Positions 1 to 8,448 of a stretch of 26,578 nucleotides of DNA are shown here, one piece after another. Made by a program: the position numbers and the translations under genes. The notes beneath the pieces are model-generated. The model was not told the origin of the DNA, made no database searches, and saw only the letters and a program-made list of their open reading frames with translations. This DNA comes from an uncultured Deinococcales bacterium (GTDB taxonomy: Bacteria > Deinococcota > Deinococci > Deinococcales > JAAFIG01): assembly GCA_964247135.1 (NCBI GenBank), contig CAXTTL010000042.1, forward strand, positions 1 through 26,578. The letters run 5' to 3'. Position 1 is the stretch's first letter. The number at the start of each line of letters is the position of its first letter.

Positions 1-4
1 GGAT

Positions 5-268
5 TTGTACGACAAGTTGACCGAAGAATTCACGCTCGAGCAGGCGAGCGCGATCCTCGGGCGCGATTTGCGGGAATTCTGGACATACTTTCCAGTCCTG
101 CGGCTCAGCTACCCAGGTTTAAAACTCGAGTACACCCCGACGCAGATTGTGCTCAGCAGCGACCCAAGTTTCGAGATTCTCATCCCCGCCAATTCGGGTG
201 TGGTCGCCGTTGGCGGTTTGTCCGAAATGGAGAATAGAAAGGTCAATCATGTGGTACTTCGTATTTGA
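5..268 (+). CDS. Hypothetical protein, probably 5'-truncated by the window edge
   Basis: The frame is open from the window start and its stop overlaps the next gene. No recognisable motif. Confidence 0.55.
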   Translation: MYDKLTEEFTLEQASAILGRDLREFWTYFPVLRLSYPGLKLEYTPTQIVLSSDPSFEILIPANSGVVAVGGLSEMENRKVNHVVLRI

Positions 269-596
269 AGCTCTTTTTGCGCTTCTCGGATTCGCGCTCA
301 GCCTGGTCGTGGGACTGTTGATGGTCATCGTGAGGCTGTTCAAGCCAGTAACCGACGAAATCCTCAACCACCTCAACCGAGCCGCCAGCAGTGCAGGACA
401 ATGGTGCGCCCGAGCGATTCGCTCGAGCTTGCAACGGGCGGCGCGGCGCGTCAAACAACTTGGTGTGCATTGGAAAAACCGCCAGCGCAAGCCGTGGTTT
501 AAACGCACCAAACGACCCACCAAAAACACCCAAATCGAAGGCCGCGATATCGTCGACGCTTACGTCGGACAGGGCAGTTATTCCAACAAACCCTAG
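249..596 (+). CDS. Hypothetical membrane-anchored protein (115 aa)
   Basis: ATG at 249 gives a hydrophobic segment (MWYFVFEALFALLGFALSLVVGLLMVIV) followed by a basic tail. It overlaps the upstream ORF. Confidence 0.6.
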   Translation: MWYFVFEALFALLGFALSLVVGLLMVIVRLFKPVTDEILNHLNRAASSAGQWCARAIRSSLQRAARRVKQLGVHWKNRQRKPWFKRTKRPTKNTQIEGRDIVDAYVGQGSYSNKP

Positions 597-605
597 GAGG
601 AAATC

Positions 606-1043
606 ATGGCTCACCCCTATCACCACGCCGTCTCGAGCGCCAAGCAATTCGGCGGGCAAGCCGAGGAGTACCAAAAAATCCACGACTGGTTTGACGCCAG
701 CAAAAGCCTGATGACCTTGCCCCATCACCGAATGCTCAGACATCACAGCTTCGGCATTTTCGAGTGCGAGGCGGTGTTTGGCACGACCATCAAACTCTCC
801 ACCGGCAAAGAAATCCCGCTGCGCTGGATCGGCGAGCAACACGTGCGCGAAGACCTGGGTTACATCCCGAGTTTTGAGGAGTGGGTGGTTGCGGTGGCTC
901 GAGGAGGCTTGGACAAACAAGGACGACCTGTTCCAGAACCGTGGATGCACGCTCGAGCGCAAAAGCTCTCCAAAGACCTGACCGAACCTATAAAAACATC
1001 GATCGAGCAAACTGTTCACGCTTGGCAAGGAATTGGCCCATGA
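606..1043 (+). CDS. DUF6915-like His-rich protein
   Basis: Motifs MAHPYHHAxSS, IHDWFDxSK, HRxLRHH, GEQHVREDLGYIPS and EPWM match the DUF6915 family as I recall it. Strong RBS AGGAGG lies upstream. Confidence 0.8.
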   Translation: MAHPYHHAVSSAKQFGGQAEEYQKIHDWFDASKSLMTLPHHRMLRHHSFGIFECEAVFGTTIKLSTGKEIPLRWIGEQHVREDLGYIPSFEEWVVAVARGGLDKQGRPVPEPWMHARAQKLSKDLTEPIKTSIEQTVHAWQGIGP

Positions 1044-1708
1044 GCCAAGAAGTCGCCTTTCAAATCAAGCTGCAGGTCGAAGGTCCAACGCTGAGCCTCA
1101 ACGAGCGAACCAAATTGATGATCAACATCTCAGAAGCGCTCGAGCGCCAGCGGGCAAACGTTGGCTTTGGTTGTCAGGATCACGCGGTGACAGCATTCAC
1201 TTGCCAAGTCATGCCACAGGCGCAAGCGCCCATATCTGCGGTGATGCTCGAGCCGCAGCGGGTGATGTTGGTCGAACCCATCAATCTTGACGAGTACAGC
1301 GAGAACCGACGTGCTCAAGGCTTTGAGTACGAACTGCAAGCGCTAATCGATTGGTTGCGTCTCGAGCATTCCTGGGTGCGCAAACTCGAAATCCACTGCG
1401 CGACGCGCAGCGAGCTTGACGATGAAAATCAGCACTACACCAGTTTCACCGCCCGCACGAAAATCATGGCTGAAGATGACCTCGACAAAATCGCCAAGTT
1501 GATCGAAGACCCCGAGGTCGACGTTGAGGAATTCATTGAAGGTGTCGAAAATGAAATTGACGATTACCTGAACCAAGACGGATTCAGCACGGAGACCGCC
1601 GAGATGATCGAGGCGCTGGACGAAAGCAAAATCAGTGTTGACGTCAGCGAAAACCGCAGCTTGCTACCGATGACGAGACTCTATACCGAAATCCTGCCAA
1701 CTTCTTAG
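1040..1708 (+). CDS. Hypothetical protein with highly acidic C-terminal region (222 aa)
   Basis: ATGA overlap with the DUF6915 stop. A 60-residue C-terminal stretch has 23 D/E and 3 K. Confidence 0.75.
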   Translation: MSQEVAFQIKLQVEGPTLSLNERTKLMINISEALERQRANVGFGCQDHAVTAFTCQVMPQAQAPISAVMLEPQRVMLVEPINLDEYSENRRAQGFEYELQALIDWLRLEHSWVRKLEIHCATRSELDDENQHYTSFTARTKIMAEDDLDKIAKLIEDPEVDVEEFIEGVENEIDDYLNQDGFSTETAEMIEALDESKISVDVSENRSLLPMTRLYTEILPTS

Positions 1709-1735
1709 CGTGTCAACTCGTCAAGAAGTCAACTT
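1696..1735. repeat. 8-bp-period array, parS-like
   Basis: gccaactt cttagcgt gtcaactc gtcaagaa gtcaactt; same unit type as the arrays upstream of parA. Confidence 0.55.
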
Positions 1736-1753
1736 GCTCAAAGAGGAGAACAT

Positions 1754-2068
1754 GTGAACCCCATTCCAAGCGTTCGAGTGGTGCTCACTGCTAAAGATCA
1801 CACCCACCGACTCATCTTCAATGCAGCACCCTATTTCAATGGAATCGAGATACACGAACTTCAACGCCAGCTCGAGACCAACGATCAACGGTTGCTGCAA
1901 AACATTGCCCTGGGGATGTCGCGGCACGAGGTTTTGGTGAATCACTTCCTCGCCGCCTTTGCCATCTCAAAAACCAACCGACAAGAACAGGGTTTTGACA
2001 CCAAACTCAATCGAGACGACCTCAGCACCTACCTCGAGTTTCGTCAAACACGGCCAGGAGACTTATGA
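1754..2068 (+). CDS. Hypothetical protein (104 aa)
   Basis: RBS GAGGAG, GTG start, and ATGA overlap with the downstream ATPase. Confidence 0.65.
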   Translation: MNPIPSVRVVLTAKDHTHRLIFNAAPYFNGIEIHELQRQLETNDQRLLQNIALGMSRHEVLVNHFLAAFAISKTNRQEQGFDTKLNRDDLSTYLEFRQTRPGDL

Positions 2069-3081
2069 CACCAATGCAGCTCATCCCAGTCCTTCACACC
2101 CTCTTCACCCAGCCCAAAGCCCGTCCAGTGATGCTCTGGGGCGCACCGGGCATCGGAAAAAGCTCAATCGTCGCCCAGGTCGGCAAAAGCCTCAAGTTGC
2201 CGGTGATCGATTTGCGACTGTCTCAACTCGCGCCGACCGACTTGAGGGGTTTGCCCGTGCCAAACTTTAAAAGCGGCTTGTCGCACTGGCTTCCCCCAAC
2301 CTTCCTGCCCCGAGACGGCGTGGGCATCTTGTTCCTCGACGAGATCAACCAAGCCCCACCGGTGATGCAGGCGATGGCTCAACAATTGATTCTCGACCGG
2401 CGTTGTGGCGAGTACGAACTCCCCAACGGCTGGCGGATCGTCGCGGCGGGCAACCGCAACAACGACATGGCGGCGGTGTATGACATGCCTGCCCCACTGG
2501 CCAACCGCATGTTGCACTTTGAACTCGCCGCCGACCCAGCCTCATTTTTTGAGCACGCCGCCAGTCAACACTTCTCCGAGCGCGTGATTGCCTTCTTGCA
2601 TTTTCGTCCAAACTTGTTGCACCAAATCAACACCGAACACGCCTTCCCAAGCCCGCGCTCCTGGCAGATGGCGAGTGAACTGCTCGAGCTGGGCTTAAAG
2701 ATTGACAGCGCGGTCGGTGTCGCGGCGTGCGCGGAATTTGAGGTCTTTGAACAGGTCTACAACCAACTGCCAAACATTGACGCCATCCTGGCGGGCAAAG
2801 GAGCACGAGAAAAATTCCCAAGCGACGAACAGCCGGCCGCCAGGTATGCCACGGTGATCGCAATTGCGCTGCGAAGCGACGATGACAAAAAAGCAGAGCA
2901 CGGTCTAACTTGGCTGCAAAGCGTGGCACACGCCGAATTTTTGCAACTCGGTTTGATCCAAACCAGTTTGACCCTCAAACGACACGGCAAGGCGGCAGCC
3001 TTTTACTCACTGAGCGCCCAAAAACCTGGCCTTCAAAAACTGGTGGAAGCCATCCACCACGCCAAAGCCGCCGCAGCCTAA
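2065..3081 (+). CDS. MoxR-like AAA+ ATPase
   Basis: Walker A GAPGIGKS, DLRLSQLAPTDLRGLP, Walker B ILFLDEIN, sensor AAGN, Arg finger LANRM, and PSPRSW. Confidence 0.92.
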   Translation: MTPMQLIPVLHTLFTQPKARPVMLWGAPGIGKSSIVAQVGKSLKLPVIDLRLSQLAPTDLRGLPVPNFKSGLSHWLPPTFLPRDGVGILFLDEINQAPPVMQAMAQQLILDRRCGEYELPNGWRIVAAGNRNNDMAAVYDMPAPLANRMLHFELAADPASFFEHAASQHFSERVIAFLHFRPNLLHQINTEHAFPSPRSWQMASELLELGLKIDSAVGVAACAEFEVFEQVYNQLPNIDAILAGKGAREKFPSDEQPAARYATVIAIALRSDDDKKAEHGLTWLQSVAHAEFLQLGLIQTSLTLKRHGKAAAFYSLSAQKPGLQKLVEAIHHAKAAAA

Positions 3082-3092
3082 AGCGAGGACCA

Positions 3093-3281
3093 ATGAATAT
3101 TCAAGACGCGATCAAAAGCCTCGCAAGCTCACACCAGAGCGAACGTGACATCGCCTTCAAACTCCAAGCCCAGCACAACAAGCTCGAGGTCGCTCGAGCT
3201 TTGGATCACATGCGGCGAACGGGCGAAATCGAACAAGTTGAGTCAGGCGAGTACCACAATCCCAAACGAGGACAGCCATGA
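3093..3281 (+). CDS. Small winged-helix DNA-binding protein (62 aa)
   Basis: RBS GAGGA precedes the ATG at 3093. SERDIAFKL...EVARALDHMRRTGEIEQVESGEY fits a wHTH pattern. ATGA overlap with the next gene. Confidence 0.6.
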   Translation: MNIQDAIKSLASSHQSERDIAFKLQAQHNKLEVARALDHMRRTGEIEQVESGEYHNPKRGQP

Positions 3282-3865
3282 CCATGCTGCTCGAACCAAC
3301 AAGCCCATCGATCCCCTTCAGAGCGCTCGAGGGGAATTTGGCGACCCCTCAGAGCGACCTCCCGGTGTTTGATGAATCGATGCTCAAGCACCAAAATGAG
3401 GTCCGCGTGGCACGTTGGTGGCACGGAGTCTTTGAACTGTGCGTCAAGGTCGGTCACGACGAAACCACCACCCATGACGAATACGAATCCCTCAAAACAG
3501 ATCGCGGCGATCCGCGACACGACCCCTGGGAAATCACCAAAGACGGTGAGGTCAGACTGCCAACCACCAACGAAGGCAATCGTTATTTGATATCGATGGA
3601 CTACAGCCCATTTGAAATTCTGAAGGCATTGCTCGAGCAAGGTCTCAGCATCTCCCTGGCGTGTCTCAGCACCATGAACATGGTCGCAAAGCGAGCCGAG
3701 TCGCTGATGGACTGGTTGAACGACGAATGGACGTATGTTTGGGTCGAACTCAAAATCACAAAAGGCAATCGTGTCATCCACAAGGATTCGTGCTTGGGCG
3801 TCGAAGACAGACACGATTACTTGGAAACATTCGTCAATGGGGTGATCCATGATTTTTTCGAGTAA
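3278..3865 (+). CDS. Hypothetical protein (195 aa)
   Basis: RBS GAGGA, coupled to both neighbours. No recognised motif. Confidence 0.7.
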   Translation: MTMLLEPTSPSIPFRALEGNLATPQSDLPVFDESMLKHQNEVRVARWWHGVFELCVKVGHDETTTHDEYESLKTDRGDPRHDPWEITKDGEVRLPTTNEGNRYLISMDYSPFEILKALLEQGLSISLACLSTMNMVAKRAESLMDWLNDEWTYVWVELKITKGNRVIHKDSCLGVEDRHDYLETFVNGVIHDFFE

Positions 3866-4268
3866 CCCTTACCAGCGCGATAACATCAAACGCCTGCTCG
3901 AGCGTTACGACAAAATCTACAACTTCACGCAAAGCCAACTGCGCCTGATGGAGATCATCAGACCGAGATATCCGATTTTCGACAAAAACTTTTCGAGCCA
4001 AGCCCGACAATCGCTCAACATCTGTGGACTCAACCTCGCCAAGTACCTCATGCCGGCGCACACACGATGGGATCGCCAAGATCACTTTGATGAATACGAT
4101 TGGTTCAAAGCCGGTCTGTGCGTCGCGGCGCTGGTGGTCTGGTACAGGGATTTGGAGGACGAACCCTCAATCTCAAACAGACCGCCGATTTTAGTTGGGT
4201 CGGACCTGATCCAAAAAATACCGCTCTTGCAAGAAGCTCAAGACTGGGGGGTACACATTGAACGCTGA
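3849..4268 (+). CDS. Hypothetical protein (139 aa)
   Basis: Overlaps both neighbours in operon fashion. Confidence 0.65.
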   Translation: MIFSSNPYQRDNIKRLLERYDKIYNFTQSQLRLMEIIRPRYPIFDKNFSSQARQSLNICGLNLAKYLMPAHTRWDRQDHFDEYDWFKAGLCVAALVVWYRDLEDEPSISNRPPILVGSDLIQKIPLLQEAQDWGVHIER

Positions 4269-5361
4269 AACCGCACGACAGCGCCTTTCGGGCACCACCA
4301 TTTTGATGCTCGAGCAGCAAGCGTTTTTTGGAACGCTGCTGATCAACGCCAAGGTAAGCCTCTGTGACGCGGTGACCGCCTACACCGATGGACAACACAT
4401 TTTCATCGGCAGCGGGTTTTGCCAACGACTCTCGAGCCAAGAACTGCTGGCGGTACTGGCTCACGAGGTGCTACACATCGCGCTGTGCCACGTGCAACGA
4501 ACCGAATACCGCAACCGTCAAATCTGGAACATCGCCTGCGATGTGGTGGTCAACTCGATGCTCGAGGCTGCGGGATTTGAAGTTCCAAAAGGTGCGATTC
4601 TGATACCAGCATTTGATGGCATGGACGCGGAAACCATCTATGACTCGCTGCTCGGCGATCACGAGCAAGCTGCCGAAATGGGGATCGTGCCTGGATTTGA
4701 AAACGGCGAGGTCATCCCCAGCAATGACCTCAACCACGACAACCCAGTCGCCAACGGGGCGAGCCACCAACAAATGTGGAAAAACACCATCGAACAAGCC
4801 GCAAATTCTTACAAAGCTGGCACGCAGCCCGCATGGTTGAAGCGCTTGTTGCAAAGGTCCGCCGCTAAAATTGATTGGCGCAAACTGCTCAGTCGATACT
4901 TCACCAGCGCCAGGGACGACTACAGCGGTTTTGACCGGCGCAACTTGTACCGCAGGTACTACCTGCCACAACTGGCGTCAGAAACCGTCCAAGTTGCCCT
5001 GTGCATCGACACCTCGGGCAGCATCGAGGGCGAAATCCTGGCGCGTTTCCTCGGCGAAGTTCAAAGCCTAACCCAGAGCACCAATGCCAATGTGAAGCTG
5101 TATTACGCCGACGCGGACATTTCAGGACCCTATCCGCTCAAACGGCGCGGAGCATTGCCCGCGCCGGTGGGCGGTGGCGGCACAGATTTCCGCCCATTCT
5201 TTGATGCCATCAAGCCAGGAAAGTTCGACCTCTGTGTCTACCTGACCGATGGTTACGGCACTTTCCCCAATCAACCACCGTCCATGCCGTGCCTCTGGCT
5301 GGTGACCGAAGACGGCATCAAGCCAGACGCCTTCCCGTTTGGACGCGTCGTCCAACTTTAA
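4258..5361 (+). CDS. DUF2201-family metallopeptidase (HExxH) + vWA domain protein
   Basis: AYTDG, HEVLH, NIACD, MIDAS DTSGS, GGGGTDFRP and YLTDGYG. This family is the usual partner of MoxR-type ATPases. Confidence 0.9.
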   Translation: MNAETARQRLSGTTILMLEQQAFFGTLLINAKVSLCDAVTAYTDGQHIFIGSGFCQRLSSQELLAVLAHEVLHIALCHVQRTEYRNRQIWNIACDVVVNSMLEAAGFEVPKGAILIPAFDGMDAETIYDSLLGDHEQAAEMGIVPGFENGEVIPSNDLNHDNPVANGASHQQMWKNTIEQAANSYKAGTQPAWLKRLLQRSAAKIDWRKLLSRYFTSARDDYSGFDRRNLYRRYYLPQLASETVQVALCIDTSGSIEGEILARFLGEVQSLTQSTNANVKLYYADADISGPYPLKRRGALPAPVGGGGTDFRPFFDAIKPGKFDLCVYLTDGYGTFPNQPPSMPCLWLVTEDGIKPDAFPFGRVVQL

Positions 5362-5375
5362 GCCTCAACGGACAA

Positions 5376-5714
5376 GTGGTGAATACCCTGGAACGAACCG
5401 CCAAACAAATCGATCTCGAGTTAAAGACCAACGACCATCAATTCACCCACAGCCGCATCTCTCTCGGTTACAGCAAAAACTCGAGGTTCAACCTCAAACT
5501 CTCGATCATCCCAGTCCAAATTACGCCGTCAGGATTTAACTTCCAACCCCTTGGAGACTGGACTTGGAAAAACTTGCCGTTGGGCACGATCGAACGCTAC
5601 AGCAACAAAGCGCTGCAACCGTACATCGGGAAGCTCGAGTCTTCGCTTGAGACCAAAAGCGGCGACATTGGGATTTCATTGACAGGTCGCTGCAAGAGTA
5701 TCAACTTCAACTGA
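5376..5714 (+). CDS. Hypothetical protein (about 112 aa; start uncertain)
   Basis: GTG codons at 5376 and 5379 lie just after the DUF2201 stop. The ORF is followed by a hairpin. Confidence 0.55.
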   Translation: MVNTLERTAKQIDLELKTNDHQFTHSRISLGYSKNSRFNLKLSIIPVQITPSGFNFQPLGDWTWKNLPLGTIERYSNKALQPYIGKLESSLETKSGDIGISLTGRCKSINFN

Positions 5715-5732
5715 ACCCTTAAAAAATCCCGT

Positions 5733-5768
5733 CAGACCCTCGAGAGGCTCGAGGGTCTGTATTTGTTC
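5733..5768 (+). terminator. Hairpin (12-bp stem) with weak T-rich tail
   Basis: CAGACCCTCGAG-agg-CTCGAGGGTCTG then TATTTGTT, immediately before the RBS of the GHKL gene. Confidence 0.55.
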
Positions 5769-5779
5769 AAGGAGCCATT

Positions 5780-7495
5780 ATGATTCGAGCACAACTCCAC
5801 CCACAACTGATCGCAGAATTGCCCAGGATGTTCGGGGGGCTTCAATGCATCATGACCGAAGTATTTCAGAACGCCTCGCGTGCGGGCGCGAAAAACGTCA
5901 GCATCACCAATCTGGACGATCACACCCTGCTGATCGAAGATGACGGTTGCGGACTTGACCAACCCCAAGAGCTGCTCGAGGCAGGATTTTCGGGCTGGAC
6001 AGGCGACGTGATTGACCCGGCGGGCTTGGGCATCTTTTCCTTATTCAACAGCCAATTGGTCAAAGCAGTCAGCTTCCAAAGTCGCCACTGGTTGGTCCGC
6101 ACGACACCGGCAGAGGTCTTGGGTGGGCTGGAAATTCAAGTGACGAGCGCACCCGAAATTCTTGGCTTTCGCGTCATCATCGGGTTTCTCGAGGGTGTGA
6201 CCCTGTTTCAAAGAGACCGCCGTGAAAAGTCGGTGTTTGTCGACAACCCAGAAGCGCTCTTGAAAACCGCACGTTCCTATTTTCCGTTTGAACTGAGCTA
6301 CAACTCCAAAATCATCCCAATTGCCGAACATCCAAAAACCCTAGTGGTTCAAGGCGAATACGGTACGCTCGAATGGGGCATTGATTGGACAAAGCGCTTC
6401 GCGCCAGTCTGGCAAGGGCAGCGCCTGTTTGGCAAAAACTGCGTTGAATTGTTGGAAAAACTCGCCAAACAAAGCCAGTACCCGAAACTGGCAGCCCGAA
6501 TTTTGGAGTTTAGCCTGGTCTGGAGAATCAACCCAAACTCTGGGCTGAGACCAAAACTCCCAGACCGACACTGCCTGCTCGAAACACCGCTGCTCGAGCG
6601 GCAACTCAAAACCATGTTGGATGACTTGCTTGACGCGGTCATCGAGCACGGCAAAAGTCTCTCGAAAGACTGGGGTGAGGTGGTTAAGTCCAATGACGTG
6701 AAAGACGACCGATTTTTGTACGCACTCTCAAAACGTTTGCTGCCCGTGTTGGGATGGTATCTGTGCAGCACCCCAAAGCTAAACAGCGTTGTCTTCCAAT
6801 ATCGCCATCACGAGGGCATTACCGTCGACATGGAAGAAGTCGTTGTTTTTGACCAGGGCTGCATTTTGATCCAGGATCAATCCACCTGCGATACCATCAA
6901 CTTGCTGCGAAATTACGGCTTTGATTACCCACGTGCAAGTCAGCATCCCTCGGGGCTGAAAACCAAAATTCAGTACCTCAGACACGACAATCCCGATACA
7001 GATTTAGCCGTCAGGCTGGTGCAAGAAATTCGCGTGGGAAACACGGAACTGCCGTTTGTGTGGCACGTCGAAAATGACCAAACCAAACCAGGTTTTGTGC
7101 TCGCCCTAAACCTTCACGACGCCCTCAAGGTGTTTCGTTCGAACTCTCAATTTAGCCGTGACATCGAGACCCTGATTGGCTTGTCGATGGACAAAAAAGG
7201 AGATCTTTGGGACAACGACATTTTCGTCAGCGACGAGGGATTTCAAGCAGAGGTGCTCAGACGCCTGGTGATTGAGCAGCTCGTTAACAGTTACGACCGT
7301 GACCACAAGTTCAAAAACCTTGAACTCGAACGCAACCAACTCGAGGTTCAAGTTGAACGTTGGCAGGCACTGCAGCGCGAAATGCCAAATCTGACCGATG
7401 ACTACGCGCTGGGAGAGGTCAAATCCACGATTCAAGGCTCGATTGCAGTTGCGCTCGAGGTGCTCAAACGGCGAATGCACGACCTGGCAGCCTAA
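5780..7495 (+). CDS. GHKL (HSP90/MutL-like) ATPase domain protein with uncharacterised C-terminus
   Basis: N box EVFQNASRAGA, G1 box IEDDGCG, G2-like DPAGLGIFSL, RBS AAGGAG, and a coiled-coil-like C-terminus. Confidence 0.85.
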   Translation: MIRAQLHPQLIAELPRMFGGLQCIMTEVFQNASRAGAKNVSITNLDDHTLLIEDDGCGLDQPQELLEAGFSGWTGDVIDPAGLGIFSLFNSQLVKAVSFQSRHWLVRTTPAEVLGGLEIQVTSAPEILGFRVIIGFLEGVTLFQRDRREKSVFVDNPEALLKTARSYFPFELSYNSKIIPIAEHPKTLVVQGEYGTLEWGIDWTKRFAPVWQGQRLFGKNCVELLEKLAKQSQYPKLAARILEFSLVWRINPNSGLRPKLPDRHCLLETPLLERQLKTMLDDLLDAVIEHGKSLSKDWGEVVKSNDVKDDRFLYALSKRLLPVLGWYLCSTPKLNSVVFQYRHHEGITVDMEEVVVFDQGCILIQDQSTCDTINLLRNYGFDYPRASQHPSGLKTKIQYLRHDNPDTDLAVRLVQEIRVGNTELPFVWHVENDQTKPGFVLALNLHDALKVFRSNSQFSRDIETLIGLSMDKKGDLWDNDIFVSDEGFQAEVLRRLVIEQLVNSYDRDHKFKNLELERNQLEVQVERWQALQREMPNLTDDYALGEVKSTIQGSIAVALEVLKRRMHDLAA

Positions 7496-7508
7496 ACACG
7501 GAGCAGAC

Positions 7509-7742
7509 ATGAACATCAAAGCCACCAAGAAAACCGTCCGAGGGCGTTTGCACTTGCGCATCTCGAGCCTGACGCAAGAAAAACTGATCCCCATGATTTC
7601 AGAGACGGCTTTGAAAGCGGCACAAGCCCAAATCAAAGGCTTGGAAGAAAAAAGCTTTCAAGCCATCGAACGTATCTGTGCCCATACAAATGCCCAAATC
7701 ACAACCAATCCAACGCAAGGTGCTGGCGATGAAAAAAGGTGA
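7509..7742 (+). CDS. Hypothetical protein (77 aa)
   Basis: RBS GGAG precedes the ATG at 7509. Basic N-terminus with GRLHLRIS, a possible RHH beta-strand. Confidence 0.55.
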   Translation: MNIKATKKTVRGRLHLRISSLTQEKLIPMISETALKAAQAQIKGLEEKSFQAIERICAHTNAQITTNPTQGAGDEKR

Positions 7743-8268
7743 TCCGGTTCAGTTTCGGGTCGCCACCATAGAAGTGTCCATTTGGGGCACCGGCACCATC
7801 GATAAAATCCGCACAGACCTGTTGACAATCGAGTTAAAGCTCGAGACCTTTAACTGGGAACCGGTCAAACTTTCGTACCGACAAGAATTCTTGCTGGCAG
7901 ACCGCATCGTCTACAAAACCACCCGCACCAACCAAGGGTTCGTCGATGTCAAACCAGCCCAGTGCTGGGCGATTGGTGATCCAAGCCGCGAAGACCTCGA
8001 GATCACGGCGCGACCGCTGCAACGGTTCATGGTTGCCAACATTTACAGCACGCCTTCCAACAGTCTTGCCTATGAGAGCCTAGCTCGAGTCGAGCAAAAC
8101 GCCACTGGAATGAAATTTGAAGAGGTGCTCTATGACTGCCCAAAGTGTGGTCAATGCCAAGTCGGAAAATACTGGGGCGGTGTGCTGTACGCCGCCTGTG
8201 GAGATTGCAGAATCAATGTTTCTTGCTGCTATCCGCTGCGCAAACCAATAAGTCAGCGAGTCAAGTAG
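7729..8268 (+). CDS. Hypothetical protein with C-terminal zinc ribbon (179 aa)
   Basis: CPKC...CGDC motif pair. It overlaps the upstream ORF. Confidence 0.65.
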   Translation: MKKGDPVQFRVATIEVSIWGTGTIDKIRTDLLTIELKLETFNWEPVKLSYRQEFLLADRIVYKTTRTNQGFVDVKPAQCWAIGDPSREDLEITARPLQRFMVANIYSTPSNSLAYESLARVEQNATGMKFEEVLYDCPKCGQCQVGKYWGGVLYAACGDCRINVSCCYPLRKPISQRVK

Positions 8269-8299
8269 CCAACTGGTCAACAAGTCCATTCGCCAAAGT
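8252..8299. repeat. 8-bp-period array, parS-like
   Basis: gtcagcga gtcaagta gccaactg gtcaacaa gtccattc gccaaagt, spanning a stop codon. Confidence 0.55.
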
Positions 8300-8342
8300 G
8301 CTGATCGTTGCCAGCAAGTTTAATCGGCAACGATCAGCACTT
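8296..8342. repeat. Perfect 17-bp inverted repeat with 13-nt loop
   Basis: AAGTGCTGATCGTTGCC (8296-8312) and GGCAACGATCAGCACTT (8326-8342). Confidence 0.85.
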
Positions 8343-8448
8343 GACCTGTGAAAATTGCTGACCAGGACTTGAAGACGGGGATTACAATTTGGAAACGTTT
8401 ATCAAAGGGGTCAGTTATGAAAAAGCAATCAAGGGAACGTGAGATTTG

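Noticed and set aside
243-1028. Long antisense ORFs (243-1028, 3206-3850, 12908-13654, 17739-18398 and similar)
   Set aside because: They are shadows of well-supported genes on the opposite strand and have no motifs or RBS.
3093-3281. Z-DNA-binding Zalpha domain
   Set aside because: The wHTH pattern is present but the diagnostic Asn, Tyr and Trp residues are not.
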